Assembly: GCA_963807605.1 (NCBI GenBank)
Contig: CAWECG010000003.1
Span: 192,001 to 256,000, forward strand
Reading direction: 5' to 3'
Length of the DNA: 64,000 bases
Origin: Candidatus Bathyarchaeota archaeon
Lineage (GTDB): Archaea > Thermoproteota > Bathyarchaeia > 40CM-2-53-6 > RBG-13-38-9
Part shown: positions 40,563 through 51,053 of the stretch, in pieces
Layout of the letters: each line of letters opens with the position of its first letter
Position numbering within the stretch: the first letter of the stretch is position 1
Position numbers and translations under genes: made by a program
The notes under the pieces: model-generated
Databases searched by the model: none
What the model was told of the DNA's origin: nothing
The model's input: the letters and a program-made list of their open reading frames with translations, nothing else

Positions 40563-41696
40563 ATGCTGGAGGTTGAGAGAAGCGTGGAGAAGGAACTGTC
40601 TGAGGAGGAGTTTGAGTATTACTCAAGACAACTTGCTCTTGTAGACATTGGATACACTGGACAAATGAGGCTGAGAAATTCCAAAGTCTGCATTCTCGGA
40701 TGTGGAGGTATCGGTGTTCCAGGGATGCTCATGCTGACAGCTATGGGTGTCGGCCACGTGAGAATAGTTGATCGTGATATAGTCTCGAAGTCGGACCTTC
40801 ACAGGCAGTACCTCTATGATTCAGAGTCTGTTGGGAGTGTCAAGGTCGAGGTTGCAGCTGAGAAACTCACAAAGCTGAATCCGAATGTGACGATTGAACC
40901 GTTTGCTGAACCGATCATTAAAAGGAATGTCTTAGAGCTCATTGAGGGCATGGATGTCGTTGTGGATGCTCTTGACAGTATGGAGACACGCTACCTTGTG
41001 AATCGAGCTTGTTATGAACGGAAAGTGCCCTATATCTTCGCTGGAGCTATAGAATCGATCGCCAATGCCTCGACGATAATTCCAGGCAAGACACCATGCC
41101 TTGAATGCTTCTTTCCAGGCTTCGAGGATCGTTCTTTACCAAAGTGCTCGCTCGTAGGCGTACACCCAGCGGTCATTGGGATTATATCAAGCGTCCAGGT
41201 CGCTGAGGCTGTGTCGATCCTTACTGGCAAAACGCCTAATCTTGCCGGCAAACTCCTCTTAGTCAGCTTGGCCGATCTCTCCTTTGACAAGGTAGATGTC
41301 GTAAGGCAGGAGAGTTGTCCTGTCTGTGGAACTAAACCGACAGGCTTGCCGAAAAGTATCCCTGAGAGATACTTTGAGGAGGAATGCGCCAGGGACGGAA
41401 GACGTACCTTCGTCTTAACCCCACGGGAGAACGTTGAGATCAATTTGGGGATCGTATCAGATCGACTGAAGAAGAAAGGTGCAGCTGTCAAATCAGAAGG
41501 ACTTCTCGGCGTAACGTTCGATTATTCAGACGCCTTCACTATAAGCCTTCTCAAAAGTGGAACAATGATCGCTCAGGTCTCACCTGCAAAGGTCAAGACA
41601 GACCTAGGAAGAGAGATAATATCTGTCTACAAACTTATCATGGTGAACTGGCTCGGCCTCTCACCCAAGATAATTCCGGACAGTCCAATGGAGTGA
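40563..41696 (+). CDS. ThiF/MoeB/HesA family adenylyltransferase (E1-like) with C-terminal extension
   Basis: YSRQ, GCGGIG, DRD..DLHRQ, CLEC and CPVC zinc ligands. Confidence 0.9.
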   Translation: MLEVERSVEKELSEEEFEYYSRQLALVDIGYTGQMRLRNSKVCILGCGGIGVPGMLMLTAMGVGHVRIVDRDIVSKSDLHRQYLYDSESVGSVKVEVAAEKLTKLNPNVTIEPFAEPIIKRNVLELIEGMDVVVDALDSMETRYLVNRACYERKVPYIFAGAIESIANASTIIPGKTPCLECFFPGFEDRSLPKCSLVGVHPAVIGIISSVQVAEAVSILTGKTPNLAGKLLLVSLADLSFDKVDVVRQESCPVCGTKPTGLPKSIPERYFEEECARDGRRTFVLTPRENVEINLGIVSDRLKKKGAAVKSEGLLGVTFDYSDAFTISLLKSGTMIAQVSPAKVKTDLGREIISVYKLIMVNWLGLSPKIIPDSPME

Positions 41697-41760
41697 GATG
41701 GGCGTTTCATTTTTAGATCCCTATCCTGAAGACGCACGTGCGCGCAACCTGCGATCCACT

Positions 41761-42669
41761 TTAAGCACAGGACCTAATTGAAACGGCTGGTTCGGATTCA
41801 AGGATGGAAATTAGATGGGTTGAGTCGCAGGATGCTGAGCTGTTATAGGAACTGAATCCCTCTCGACATGATGCAAACTTCATCCTTTTCGCTTCTGCCA
41901 AGTGTTTTACTCGTTTGATCAGTTCAAGTCTGAGTTCCATTCGCATGTAGCGTGCACCGGCTATACTCTCACCCATGGTCCAGTAATTTTTGCGGAGCGA
42001 TTCTTCAAGCTCGGGAAATGCTTTGATGAGGCGTCTGTAGTTGTCAGGCTTCGCTTTGTAGGTTGACGCTGTGACGTGCTTGACACCGATAGCCGCCAGA
42101 GTTTCGACGAGAGAGGAGAGCTGCTCGTCCTCGCTGTTGATGCCGAGTATCATTGGATCTATGCGGACGCTGCACTGGACTCCGGCGTTGATGAGTATCT
42201 CGACTGCCCTCAATCTCTTGTCCGGTGGTGGAGCGGAGGGCTCGAGCCTTTTGGCGATCTCATCATCGAGGGTTGTTATTGTGACGCTGACGGCGGCTGA
42301 GGCTCCCCTGAGGATGTCAAGATCCCTAATGATTAGATCTGATTTTGTTACTAACAGGAATTTTGCAGACCAACCACGTAAGATCTTTAAGGTTGCTCTG
42401 GTGAGGCTGAACTTCCCTTCTAATGCGGAGTAAGGGTCCGAGCTACTCGAGATTATGATAGGGGGGCCTCTATCTACTCTCGGCATCTCCCGACTCAGTC
42501 TTTTGATGAAGTCCTTCTTTGGCCTTGCATTGAACGGATCCGGAATGTATGATGTAATGTAACAATAGAGGCATCTGTGTGAACATCCTGTGTAAGGTGA
42601 GAGGCTGTACTTCTTGGGGCAACTACAGATTTTGCTTGCCCAAGGATCAAAAGGTGTTATTAGCGCCAA
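41761..42669 (-). CDS. Radical SAM protein (SPL-like family)
   Basis: PYTGCSHRCLYCY, SSSSDPY, TKS, RIDP. Confidence 0.9.
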   Translation of the reverse strand: MALITPFDPWASKICSCPKKYSLSPYTGCSHRCLYCYITSYIPDPFNARPKKDFIKRLSREMPRVDRGPPIIISSSSDPYSALEGKFSLTRATLKILRGWSAKFLLVTKSDLIIRDLDILRGASAAVSVTITTLDDEIAKRLEPSAPPPDKRLRAVEILINAGVQCSVRIDPMILGINSEDEQLSSLVETLAAIGVKHVTASTYKAKPDNYRRLIKAFPELEESLRKNYWTMGESIAGARYMRMELRLELIKRVKHLAEAKRMKFASCREGFSSYNSSASCDSTHLISILESEPAVSIRSCA

Positions 42670-42696
42670 TCTCTGGCTTCCGCTACTGCCTCAAAG

Positions 42697-42710
42697 GCAT
42701 GCGCGCGCGT
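42697..42710. repeat. Alternating purine-pyrimidine tract GCATGCGCGCGCGT
   Basis: (GC)4 core; a partner tract ACGCACGTGCGCGCA at 41732-41746 lies on the other side of the radical SAM gene. Confidence 0.75.
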
Positions 42711-42852
42711 AGGTAGGGGCCCAACTTCAAGCGATACCTTCTATGTGATCAGCACGTAGTTGCTAACATAATTCTGGAAGGGACACTGTTATCAGGAGAT
42801 CTTGCTGTAGAGATATGTTTTTCTTGGTAAAAGACGGAGACATTACACAAGT

Positions 42853-43332
42853 GTGAATGCTATGTCGTCTTTGGCGCCTCACGTCCCGACCTCTGAAGAT
42901 GTTGTGAGAAAGATGCTTGAGCTGGCTGAGCTGAAGAGTGGGGAACATCTCTATGATCTGGGATCAGGTGATGGCCGGATAATTATTATGGCTGCAAAGG
43001 ACTTCGGGGCAACTGCCGTAGGGGTCGAGTTGAGGGAGGATCTCGTTAAATATACCCGGAATAAGATTGTCGAACTTGGTCTGAACGGTAGGGCGAAGGT
43101 TATTCATGGAGATCTTTTGAAGGCGGATATCAAGGATGCGAACGTTGTCACTCTGTACCTGACTACGAGCGCAAATGAGAAGGTTGCTCCAAAGCTGGAG
43201 AGTGAGCTTAGACCTAGAACACGTGTCGTGTCTTATTGTTTCAGAATGCCAAATTGGGAACCCACAAAGATCATGAATCTTGAAACAAGGACTATCTACC
43301 TGTATACGTTACCCCTGACGAAGAAGGAATAG
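42853..43332 (+). CDS. SAM-dependent methyltransferase, archaeal protein-lysine methyltransferase (aKMT/DOT1-like)
   Basis: VPT..VVRKMLELA, YDLGSGDGRI, GVE, VVTLYL, PKLESEL..TRVVS. Confidence 0.85.
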   Translation: MNAMSSLAPHVPTSEDVVRKMLELAELKSGEHLYDLGSGDGRIIIMAAKDFGATAVGVELREDLVKYTRNKIVELGLNGRAKVIHGDLLKADIKDANVVTLYLTTSANEKVAPKLESELRPRTRVVSYCFRMPNWEPTKIMNLETRTIYLYTLPLTKKE

Positions 43333-43371
43333 CCCGCTGCCCGACGCGTAGTCCTATTCGGAGGTCCTTTA

Positions 43372-44259
43372 ATGGAAGACAGAAGTTTGGACACTGGACT
43401 TCGGCTGGAAAGAGCCTCAGCTTCAACTTACACTGCTCTAGGGATTATCGAACTGATTGTAGGTCTTTTCGCCCGTAGCATCGCTCTAACGTCTGATGGT
43501 ATAGGTTCGATTGCAGATGCTGCAGTCTCTTTCATAACTTGGTTAGGACTGAAAATGTCAAGAAAAGATCGGGATGACAAGTTTCACTTTGGATACTATA
43601 GGGTTGAGACGTTTTCCTCAATGTTGTCTGCTCTCGTCATGATAGTTATGGGATTCCTAATTCTGTACGGGTCTTATGTCACTCTGATGGGACATGTTCC
43701 GATTAAGGCTACGGCGCCGGCTGCAGCGGTAGCTTTGGTCGCAGCTGTGCCATCATTCTATTTTGGTTATAAGAAACGCCGAATTGGCAGCTCAACGAAA
43801 TGGGCCTCTATTTCACTGGATTCGTACAACTCTATCATTGGCGGCATCGCGTCAGTCATCGCCTTTGTTGGTATTCTGCTCTCGGGTTTTGGATTCTATG
43901 GAGGCGATGCAGTGGCGGGAATTCTCATAGCCGGTTTGATTTTCATCACCGCCTACTCTGCATTCAAGGAGGGCTCGCTATCTCTGATGGACGCATGCAT
44001 GTGCCCAGATGTCTTGGAAGTAGCTCACAATATAGTCAAAAGTGTCGAAGGCGTTGAGGGAATCCACGATATCCGCCTGAGACGCGCTGGTCCTTACCTC
44101 ACCGGGGAAGTTCACGCAGTAGTTGATGGAAACATTACTGTTAGTCGTGGTGACGAAATCGCGGCCCAAGTCGAGACGAGTCTAAAGAAGGCGCTTGGGG
44201 AGATCCAGATGATAACAGTGAAGGTCGAACCGAAGAAGGCGGAGGCACAAACCCAGTAA
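43372..44259 (+). CDS. Cation diffusion facilitator family transporter
   Basis: SIALTSDG..D, FHFGYYRVE, C-terminal domain HDIRLRRAG. Confidence 0.9.
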   Translation: MEDRSLDTGLRLERASASTYTALGIIELIVGLFARSIALTSDGIGSIADAAVSFITWLGLKMSRKDRDDKFHFGYYRVETFSSMLSALVMIVMGFLILYGSYVTLMGHVPIKATAPAAAVALVAAVPSFYFGYKKRRIGSSTKWASISLDSYNSIIGGIASVIAFVGILLSGFGFYGGDAVAGILIAGLIFITAYSAFKEGSLSLMDACMCPDVLEVAHNIVKSVEGVEGIHDIRLRRAGPYLTGEVHAVVDGNITVSRGDEIAAQVETSLKKALGEIQMITVKVEPKKAEAQTQ

Positions 44260-44369
44260 CGACCCTAATCAAGACAGTATTTCGAACTCTCTACAACGAT
44301 GTTTTCGGTCTCAGAGCCCGCTTCACACATTGGCAAATGGCAGCGTATGTTTTTGATTCATTAGAGTAT

Positions 44370-45440
44370 TCAGATATGATTCCACAGAAATCGCCCATTC
44401 TTCTGGACAACTGTTCCATCAACAACTATCCTGCCCGGCTTCATCGTTTTTATCATGTCCCAGTGGATTGCGCTCCTGTTTCTCCCACGGCACTCCTTAT
44501 AGGCGCGTCCAATTGCCAGATGTATGGTTCCGCCGATCTTCTCGTCCAAAAGAATGTTTCGTGTGAATCGTCGGATATTCATGTTTGTACCAATGCCGAA
44601 CTCACCGATCTTCCTTGATCCGGGATCTGTTTTGATCATGATCTCAAGGAGATCTTGATTCTTCGAGGCCTTGGCGGATACTATTCTTCCGCGAGCCAGT
44701 TCCAGCTCGATGTCGCGTACTTCTTTGCCGGACTGTATTGCAGGCAGATCGAAGTATATGTAACCGTTGACGGAGTTCTCGACCGGAGCTGTAAAGATCT
44801 CTCCACCCGGAAGGTTGTGTTCGCCATTGTCTTGAATGAAGATTTTGCCTTTAACCGACATAGTAAGATCTGTGCGGTTACCCTCAAGCCTGACCTCATC
44901 TGCCCTCTCTAGGAATCTCTTCAATCGAGCGTTCTTGAGAGCTTCTTTCTTCCAGTCGAGTAGAGTTGCGGAATAGACGAAGCCTCTGTATTCATTTAGA
45001 GAGAGTTCAGCCTCCTGAGCGTAGGCCGTGGTAGGGTGTTGGGTCAGGCACCATCTCTTGGTCATCCTCTCCTCCTGTATTCTCTCTAGAACGGTTGATC
45101 TGAGACTAACCTTTGATGGGTCGACGCTTGAAAGTGCACGTGTGTTAGATTCGCTTCTGATCGATATGAAAACATCTGAGGCTTTGACGAGTTGGTATAG
45201 GTGATCGGGAAACATTTTCAGAAACCTCTTCGGTGTGACTTGGTAGTACGCCTCAGCCACCTCTGTCGGTGACATGATGATCAAGCAGGATGCGCCCAAA
45301 GCAGAAACCTGTTTATGAATCTCGACAGCGAGCTCCATTCCAAGGTCGCTAACCTGGATCAGGACATTATCTCCTCTCCTGACTCGCGTTGAGTAATCAA
45401 CGATTATCTTTGCATGTTCGACAATCCTCGGATCCACCAT
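44370..45440 (-). CDS. M29 aminopeptidase (AmpS/AmpT family)
   Basis: NLPGGEIF, GEFGIG, DEKIGGTIHLAIG, SAIHWD. Confidence 0.93.
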   Translation of the reverse strand: MVDPRIVEHAKIIVDYSTRVRRGDNVLIQVSDLGMELAVEIHKQVSALGASCLIIMSPTEVAEAYYQVTPKRFLKMFPDHLYQLVKASDVFISIRSESNTRALSSVDPSKVSLRSTVLERIQEERMTKRWCLTQHPTTAYAQEAELSLNEYRGFVYSATLLDWKKEALKNARLKRFLERADEVRLEGNRTDLTMSVKGKIFIQDNGEHNLPGGEIFTAPVENSVNGYIYFDLPAIQSGKEVRDIELELARGRIVSAKASKNQDLLEIMIKTDPGSRKIGEFGIGTNMNIRRFTRNILLDEKIGGTIHLAIGRAYKECRGRNRSAIHWDMIKTMKPGRIVVDGTVVQKNGRFLWNHI

Positions 45441-45572
45441 TCTGTCACCTAATCTGGTTGGTCTATCTCAGCGGACCGCTTTGAAAAACGTAGTGTAAGA
45501 ATGTCGGATCTGATAATCTGCAAAACTGTTTAAAACAGTTAGACTTGAACTGTTTAGATCAAGTGAAACATT

Positions 45573-45830
45573 ATGGGCACCAGGAGTCTGGTCACAGCAG
45601 TTCTCTTCGGGATAGCCATAACCATCTTAACTGGTTTGATCTACCAAGCGCCCCCAATGCTGCTTGGGGCATCTCATTACGGCTACCCCTTTGCATGGCT
45701 CACTAGACTTATAATCGCCCCGGAATACTTCCCCTGGCGCGTAAGAATCCCAGGACTTATCGGCGACATAATCGCCTGGTCAATAATAGTCGGCCTAATC
45801 TTGCTAGTCTTAAAGAGAACTAGGAAATAG
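45573..45830 (+). CDS. Small 2-TM hypothetical protein (GxPxxW family)
   Basis: HYGYPFAWL, GDIIAW; resembles 16462-16785. Confidence 0.7.
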   Translation: MGTRSLVTAVLFGIAITILTGLIYQAPPMLLGASHYGYPFAWLTRLIIAPEYFPWRVRIPGLIGDIIAWSIIVGLILLVLKRTRK

Positions 45831-45947
45831 ATCAACATTCAACTCAAGACTCCGGAAACAATTTGAAGACTGAATACCCATGCACTCCTGAACATCCCTC
45901 GATGAATCGTTAATCAATCAATCTAAAGCGGGGCCGGTAGATTACGA

Positions 45948-46361
45948 ATGGTTCTCAATGCATGGACTGCGGTCGAGATAGTAATCGCAGCTGTAATCAT
46001 CCTACTTTTTCTTCTCTGGGTGAGCACGGCCTTCGCACGGCGGATCCGCTCTGGCCGTTACTGGGCAGCCATTTGGATTCCCATGGGCTGGCTTGCGTCA
46101 TTGGCCCTAGTGGAGTACTTTGTTAACCTGCCTGCAGGATATCCACAGTTGCATTTCACATACTGGCAGGAATACAGGCTGCTATGGATCTTCGGGTTCG
46201 GAATGATGATGCTAGGATTCCTACCTCAGCTGAGACCTCGGAACGGAAAAGACGGATTAAATCTCCTCATATTCAGCCTATCCTGGACGGGCTTTATGCT
46301 CTTGATCAACCTCTTCTGGGTCTACTTGATACTCTTCATGTCATCTGTCAGTCCGAGCTAG
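45948..46361 (+). CDS. Hypothetical 4-TM membrane protein
   Basis: Four hydrophobic Trp-rich segments. Confidence 0.7.
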   Translation: MVLNAWTAVEIVIAAVIILLFLLWVSTAFARRIRSGRYWAAIWIPMGWLASLALVEYFVNLPAGYPQLHFTYWQEYRLLWIFGFGMMMLGFLPQLRPRNGKDGLNLLIFSLSWTGFMLLINLFWVYLILFMSSVSPS

Positions 46362-46409
46362 GAGAATCGATTGCCATTGACTAATTAGCCGGAGTCTACA
46401 GTCCCGTAC

Positions 46410-47210
46410 TTACCTCTTCTTAGCCTTTTGCTTAGCCTTTTCCTTAGCCTTTCGGCCTGCAACGATCTTCTTTGACCTTGAGCGGCGTACTACAAGTCCC
46501 GACAGTCCGATCAAGGCCACAAGCATGATCACTGCTATTGGGATAGCATAGTTTTGGGTAGACGTAGATCTATTCTGCGAGGTCATTGAAGCGGTGGTTG
46601 TTGGCGGCGCCGTACTCTGAGGCTGGGTTTGGGTGGACGGTGTTTCAGTTGGCGAGGTCTGAGTGGCAGTGGGAGAGGGCGATGGGAACATTATCTTTAC
46701 TGCTCCTTGACGTGGTTCATAGTCAAGCCAGACCATTGATTTGCTCTGTCCGGTTGTGCCTTGGCCGGTCTCGGCAAGGGCGTAGAATGCGTATCTGTCT
46801 CCCATCATAGCGAGAGTCAAACCTCCAATCTTGAGTGTGGATCCATTAATTGTGTATTGAAGGGCTGTGACCTTGTAAGTTGCTGAATCGAAGAAATAGA
46901 CTCCATATTTCTGTTCGAAGGTTCCTAGGACGATGCTAGCGAAGCTCTGGTTCTCGCCGTAGGCGAAGAACTCAATTCCGTAGACATATTTTGATTTGAA
47001 GTTGCCGGCTATTGTATACGTTATGACGAATGATTGGTTCTCTAGGAGTTTAAAGTCCACTTCCAGAATGTTAGCATTGGGATCGGCGGCATTCCCCTTT
47101 TGTCCAATTATCTTCGTCTGTTCTTGGCAGTAGACGTAGCCAGTGACTATCACACTGACTAGAAGCAGAGACAAGCTTGCCAAACAGACTATGCGGCGCA
47201 ATGGAGTCAC
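46410..47210 (-). CDS. Surface protein: signal peptide, beta domain, Thr/Pro/Ser linker, C-terminal TM, Lys-rich tail
   Basis: Domain architecture read from the translation. Confidence 0.75.
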   Translation of the reverse strand: MTPLRRIVCLASLSLLLVSVIVTGYVYCQEQTKIIGQKGNAADPNANILEVDFKLLENQSFVITYTIAGNFKSKYVYGIEFFAYGENQSFASIVLGTFEQKYGVYFFDSATYKVTALQYTINGSTLKIGGLTLAMMGDRYAFYALAETGQGTTGQSKSMVWLDYEPRQGAVKIMFPSPSPTATQTSPTETPSTQTQPQSTAPPTTTASMTSQNRSTSTQNYAIPIAVIMLVALIGLSGLVVRRSRSKKIVAGRKAKEKAKQKAKKR

Positions 47211-47328
47211 GGCATTAAGGCATCCGAGGTGCCCGATTTATGTTTGCTGTTCTGGGTTCTGTCATCTGCACGACCTCCTAGATTCACTGTTTCTGTTCAG
47301 GACAAGAGTGTATTGCGTGTATGCAGAA

Positions 47329-49613
47329 TTAGTCTCTAATTCTAAGAGATTGAGAAGATCTCGGTGATCCTTCGGTGAATGAAACGTTAGGTTTACTGAA
47401 TCCGAATGGCGGAAGCATAGTCTCGACGGCTGAGAGAAGAAATCGACGTAGGCTTCAGAATCATACGTTTGACAGCCCATGCATAATTCCAATGGTAAGG
47501 CACGTCTGTTTGAAACTTTGCTTCTGTTATTTGTTATTATGTAGTTGACGGATTCGCCTGCATTTGGTGCAGCTCCTTCTTGCACTAGATGTTTGGCGGC
47601 TACTGCTTGGAGAACATCGTGCCTGTACTCATCCAAGCCTTGAGAGAGCCGTTTCCGAATAGCTAATTCCTCTAAGGGCACGTTTCCAGATCGCAAGGTA
47701 CTAACGAATCTGTTCACGATGTCATGAGCGGACGGCAGTTTCTCATAGAAATCCCTGGTGTCTTCAGCATCGGAGAGCATATTCATGATCTCTTGTATAC
47801 ATTGGTCGATGATTGGAGGTGTGTCCTGTCTTCTCGTGGCGATGCCACGATCCTTGATCTTTCCGTCTCTAAAGACGCCGTAGTATCGATTGAGCACTGG
47901 GATGTTCCTATGAGTCTTTGAAGACGGGAAAACGATCCATCGATAGATTCCCTCAAACGATATGGGAAGATGTGACGTTTCTTCGATCTCAGCTTGAAGT
48001 CTTCGATAGTCTTCCTCGGTTGCACCTTCCTTCTTCAGCCATAATGAGTCGACGATTCCGTGTATCAGCCTGAATCCCTTCGCCTCTGCAAGATGAGCTG
48101 CATCTTTCAGTATTCGTCGGGCAAATGCACAGGTGGCTATGTGAGCGTCGATCCTGCCGAAACGAGCGTTCTTGAATCCCAAGTATCCGAATGCGCAGAC
48201 CAGTATCCACTTCAATGCTGCCTGACGCATCTCATAGATTCCACGTAGGGCAGGGTCGGTTGTGGTCTGCTTCAACCTCTTGTATAGTCGTCTCTTCTGT
48301 AGAAGATGTTGAAGGCTTCTTGGAACGATTCCTAATCGTTTCTCGCAGATATTGTAGTCTAGTTCAGGTACACGATTCTTGGAGTCCGGACAGCATTTAC
48401 ATCGAACTGTCTCGCCGCTCAGATTCTTGGTGAGCATAATCATAGGATAGAGGGATGTGAAGTCTAGCTCACCGACTGATTCGTGTAAACCGATCGTGGA
48501 CTCGTAATAGAATCCCCCCCGGTCAGCAATGAGGAGCTCGCTGGCGGTCTTCAATTCCTCAGCGTTTGTCTTTCTCCACGGGATTAATACGCCTATACGG
48601 GTTGCTTCGTAGAGTTGTGCAGAGGTCATGCTGGTTCCAATCGTCGTATTGATTACACGTTGAAGCGGCATTCTGCATAGCCGAGCTACCTCAATTGAAC
48701 CCGGCAGCCTACAATCTCTGTAGAGCATCGAGTCCTCACAGTCAATGTGGATCCGCCCAAGTAACCGGGTCGGCGTCGCCCTGTAGTGAACTCTCCCGTA
48801 ACTCGTATAACTTTGACCACTTTCAGTAGAGGCTCTAAGTGAAGAAGGCTCGCGGCTAAGAACAAACCGATTCGCGATATCATTCACCGATGCTCTGTGA
48901 GTAAGATAGGGGAAAAGGAAGCTGTCACCACCGGTCGTGTAGATTACATCTGGATCAAGCACTCTCAGAGTCTCGACAAGCCAGAGAAGTTTCTGTCGCT
49001 CATCACATCCTTCAGAGTGATGAACCTGATCTCTTGAGGTTAGTGTAATCGCTTCAATCGCGTCAGCTTTACCCGGTAACCTCCCCTTCTTCTGGATGTT
49101 TATCGACAAGGTAATTTCTCGAAGTGGTGGGGTATCATAATCAGTTGATTCCAAGTCATCAAGCAGTTCCCAACCGATGTTTTCACGGTTAGTTGTTGCC
49201 TTAACATATGCGAACGGAAAGATTCCCTTCTCATACATGTAGAGTTGACTTGGCTTCACATCCACATTGTAAAGTTCATACCTTTTGTGGCAGCCGAAGA
49301 CCAGTATTCTTTCAGCCAATCGTTCAGCTTCACTGACATTTTTGACTGGAATCTTAAGAACTGTGGAGGGGCCCTCGTCTTCAGGTTTGACGAGTCTCTC
49401 CTCGAAACTCATTCCCTCAATACGTAGTTTGTTGGTGAGGCTGACGATATCCCTGAAATCGCCGGCGACGTAGAAGCATTGCTGCCAGCTATCAACTAAT
49501 CGAATTGCTCGGTTGTCTTTAGTCTTTAGCCAGATAGCTATGCAGCCATCTTTAGGATATAGGTCAAGTATCCACCCTTCAAGGCGGCTGGTTAAATTTT
49601 TCGAGGAGACCAT
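47329..49613 (-). CDS. polB2: Family B DNA polymerase, PolB2 group; probable frameshift near 47441
   Basis: GWILDLY start, DFTSLYP, KWILVCAFGY, HGIVDS (PolB2 variant of YGDTDS); native-looking C-terminus LLSAVETMLPPFG lies in a shifted frame ending at 47329. Confidence 0.92.
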
Positions 49614-49860
49614 GGATCTGGTCAATCTTGTCGTAGAGCTCCTTCAAACGCTTGTGCTGTGAGAATAGAACTGAGAGGAACATGCCCTCTGTCTTGACTG
49701 GAAACGTGGCGGCTCCGGCAGCGGAAGCGTATCGTCGGCACTCATCCATCAGATCTTCGAAGATAGCGCGTTCATCGATGCGCAACGCCTCTTGGAACTT
49801 CTTCCAACGTTTGAACTCTTCTTCTAGCAGCATCCGCCATGAAGGAATGGTCCTACCCAT
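49579..49860 (-). CDS. Small alpha-helical PolB2-associated protein
   Basis: MGRTIPSWR..W..F..ALR..D/E..F; overlaps both neighbours. Confidence 0.85.
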   Translation of the reverse strand: MGRTIPSWRMLLEEEFKRWKKFQEALRIDERAIFEDLMDECRRYASAAGAATFPVKTEGMFLSVLFSQHKRLKELYDKIDQIHGLLEKFNQPP

Positions 49861-50797
49861 TGGTATCCGACTCCAAGAACTCCTCCAGTACCTTAGGCGC
49901 CGGCTGTTTGATGAGGAGGCGTTCTCCTGAACGTGTCGGATGCTTTTCAAGAACGACCCTTGTCGAGTGGCCTCGTTCCTCAAATCTTAAGACAATGTTG
50001 ACTCTTTGTTTGACCACATGTAGGAAAGAATCTGATGTTTTCTCATTGAAGCTTGTTGCTAAGACTATAGATCTTTCCAGTCTAGCTGTGGCCACTAATG
50101 AATTGAGTGCAGTCTTGAGTAGGCAGAGGCTCTCGTCGGAGCGCACATCAGGGTCACGATATAGTTTGACCATATCAGAAGCGATGATAAATTTGATCCC
50201 TAGTTTAGGGACTGCTTCAGGCAACATTTGAGCGATAAGTGAGGTTAACTGGTGACAAGTGAATGCACGTGAAACAAATATGTGATCCAGAACTAGGTCT
50301 TGATCTAGTGAGAACCGTTCCGCATACTCCGCTGCGAGATGAGGATCGAAGGTGTTTCCTCCATCGATAAAAATGGCTTTGGAGTCGAGTCCATCATAGC
50401 GAGGGCCAAGCTGCGTTCTGACGCACAGGAGTAAGGAGGCAGCCAGACACTGCCATGAGCCGTAGAGAAACACCACATGTCCAAGGCGTAGCCCTCCTAG
50501 GAATCGGTCGAGTCTAGGATCGCCAAACAATAGAGAAGGTTCAACCTGGAGCTCACTCGCTTTGCGAAAGGTCACTGGAAACTTAAGCTTGGGGAGAGAA
50601 TATTCAACGGTAAGCAGGTCAGCGAATTGAGGATCATCCGACTCAACCTGGCACCATCCAATATTATTCAAGAGGTTCGCTCTGCATGTTGGACAGGTTG
50701 AATTTAGTGACAATCGGATCCTGACAGGATCCACCGAGCTCAGTGATCTTAGAAGGCATGAGCCACATTCATTGCAGACGTATTGATAGAGAATCAA
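49853..50797 (-). CDS. Inactivated RadA/RecA-like protein with N-terminal zinc finger
   Basis: LDRFLGGL, FIDGGNTFDP, SRAFTCHQL; Walker A degenerate; CNEC..CPTC; start uncertain. Confidence 0.85.
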   Translation of the reverse strand: MILYQYVCNECGSCLLRSLSSVDPVRIRLSLNSTCPTCRANLLNNIGWCQVESDDPQFADLLTVEYSLPKLKFPVTFRKASELQVEPSLLFGDPRLDRFLGGLRLGHVVFLYGSWQCLAASLLLCVRTQLGPRYDGLDSKAIFIDGGNTFDPHLAAEYAERFSLDQDLVLDHIFVSRAFTCHQLTSLIAQMLPEAVPKLGIKFIIASDMVKLYRDPDVRSDESLCLLKTALNSLVATARLERSIVLATSFNEKTSDSFLHVVKQRVNIVLRFEERGHSTRVVLEKHPTRSGERLLIKQPAPKVLEEFLESDTNG

Positions 50798-51053
50798 GAT
50801 CTTCAGCCCTATTAACCGTGAACGGGGAGGTTTTCGGCCTCCAGAGTTAGGCGCAGCGCTAGATACGCTTGTAAAAGCGGGAGGATAATCTCCCGCTGAT
50901 GAAAGAGCGACAGACACTTCTGCATAGACATCCCCAAAGAACAGAGGCGCCTTCAAACTAAAACGAGAGAGATCTGCAAAACTATTCAGCCAAATTCTTC
51001 CTACCCGCTTGACGATATCAACGCTTAAGTTTCCGCAGACAAATTTTTGATCG

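Noticed and set aside
47329-49613. PolB as a marker of a casposon or provirus
   Set aside because: Motifs and operon match cellular PolB2; no cas1, capsid, integrase or terminal repeats.
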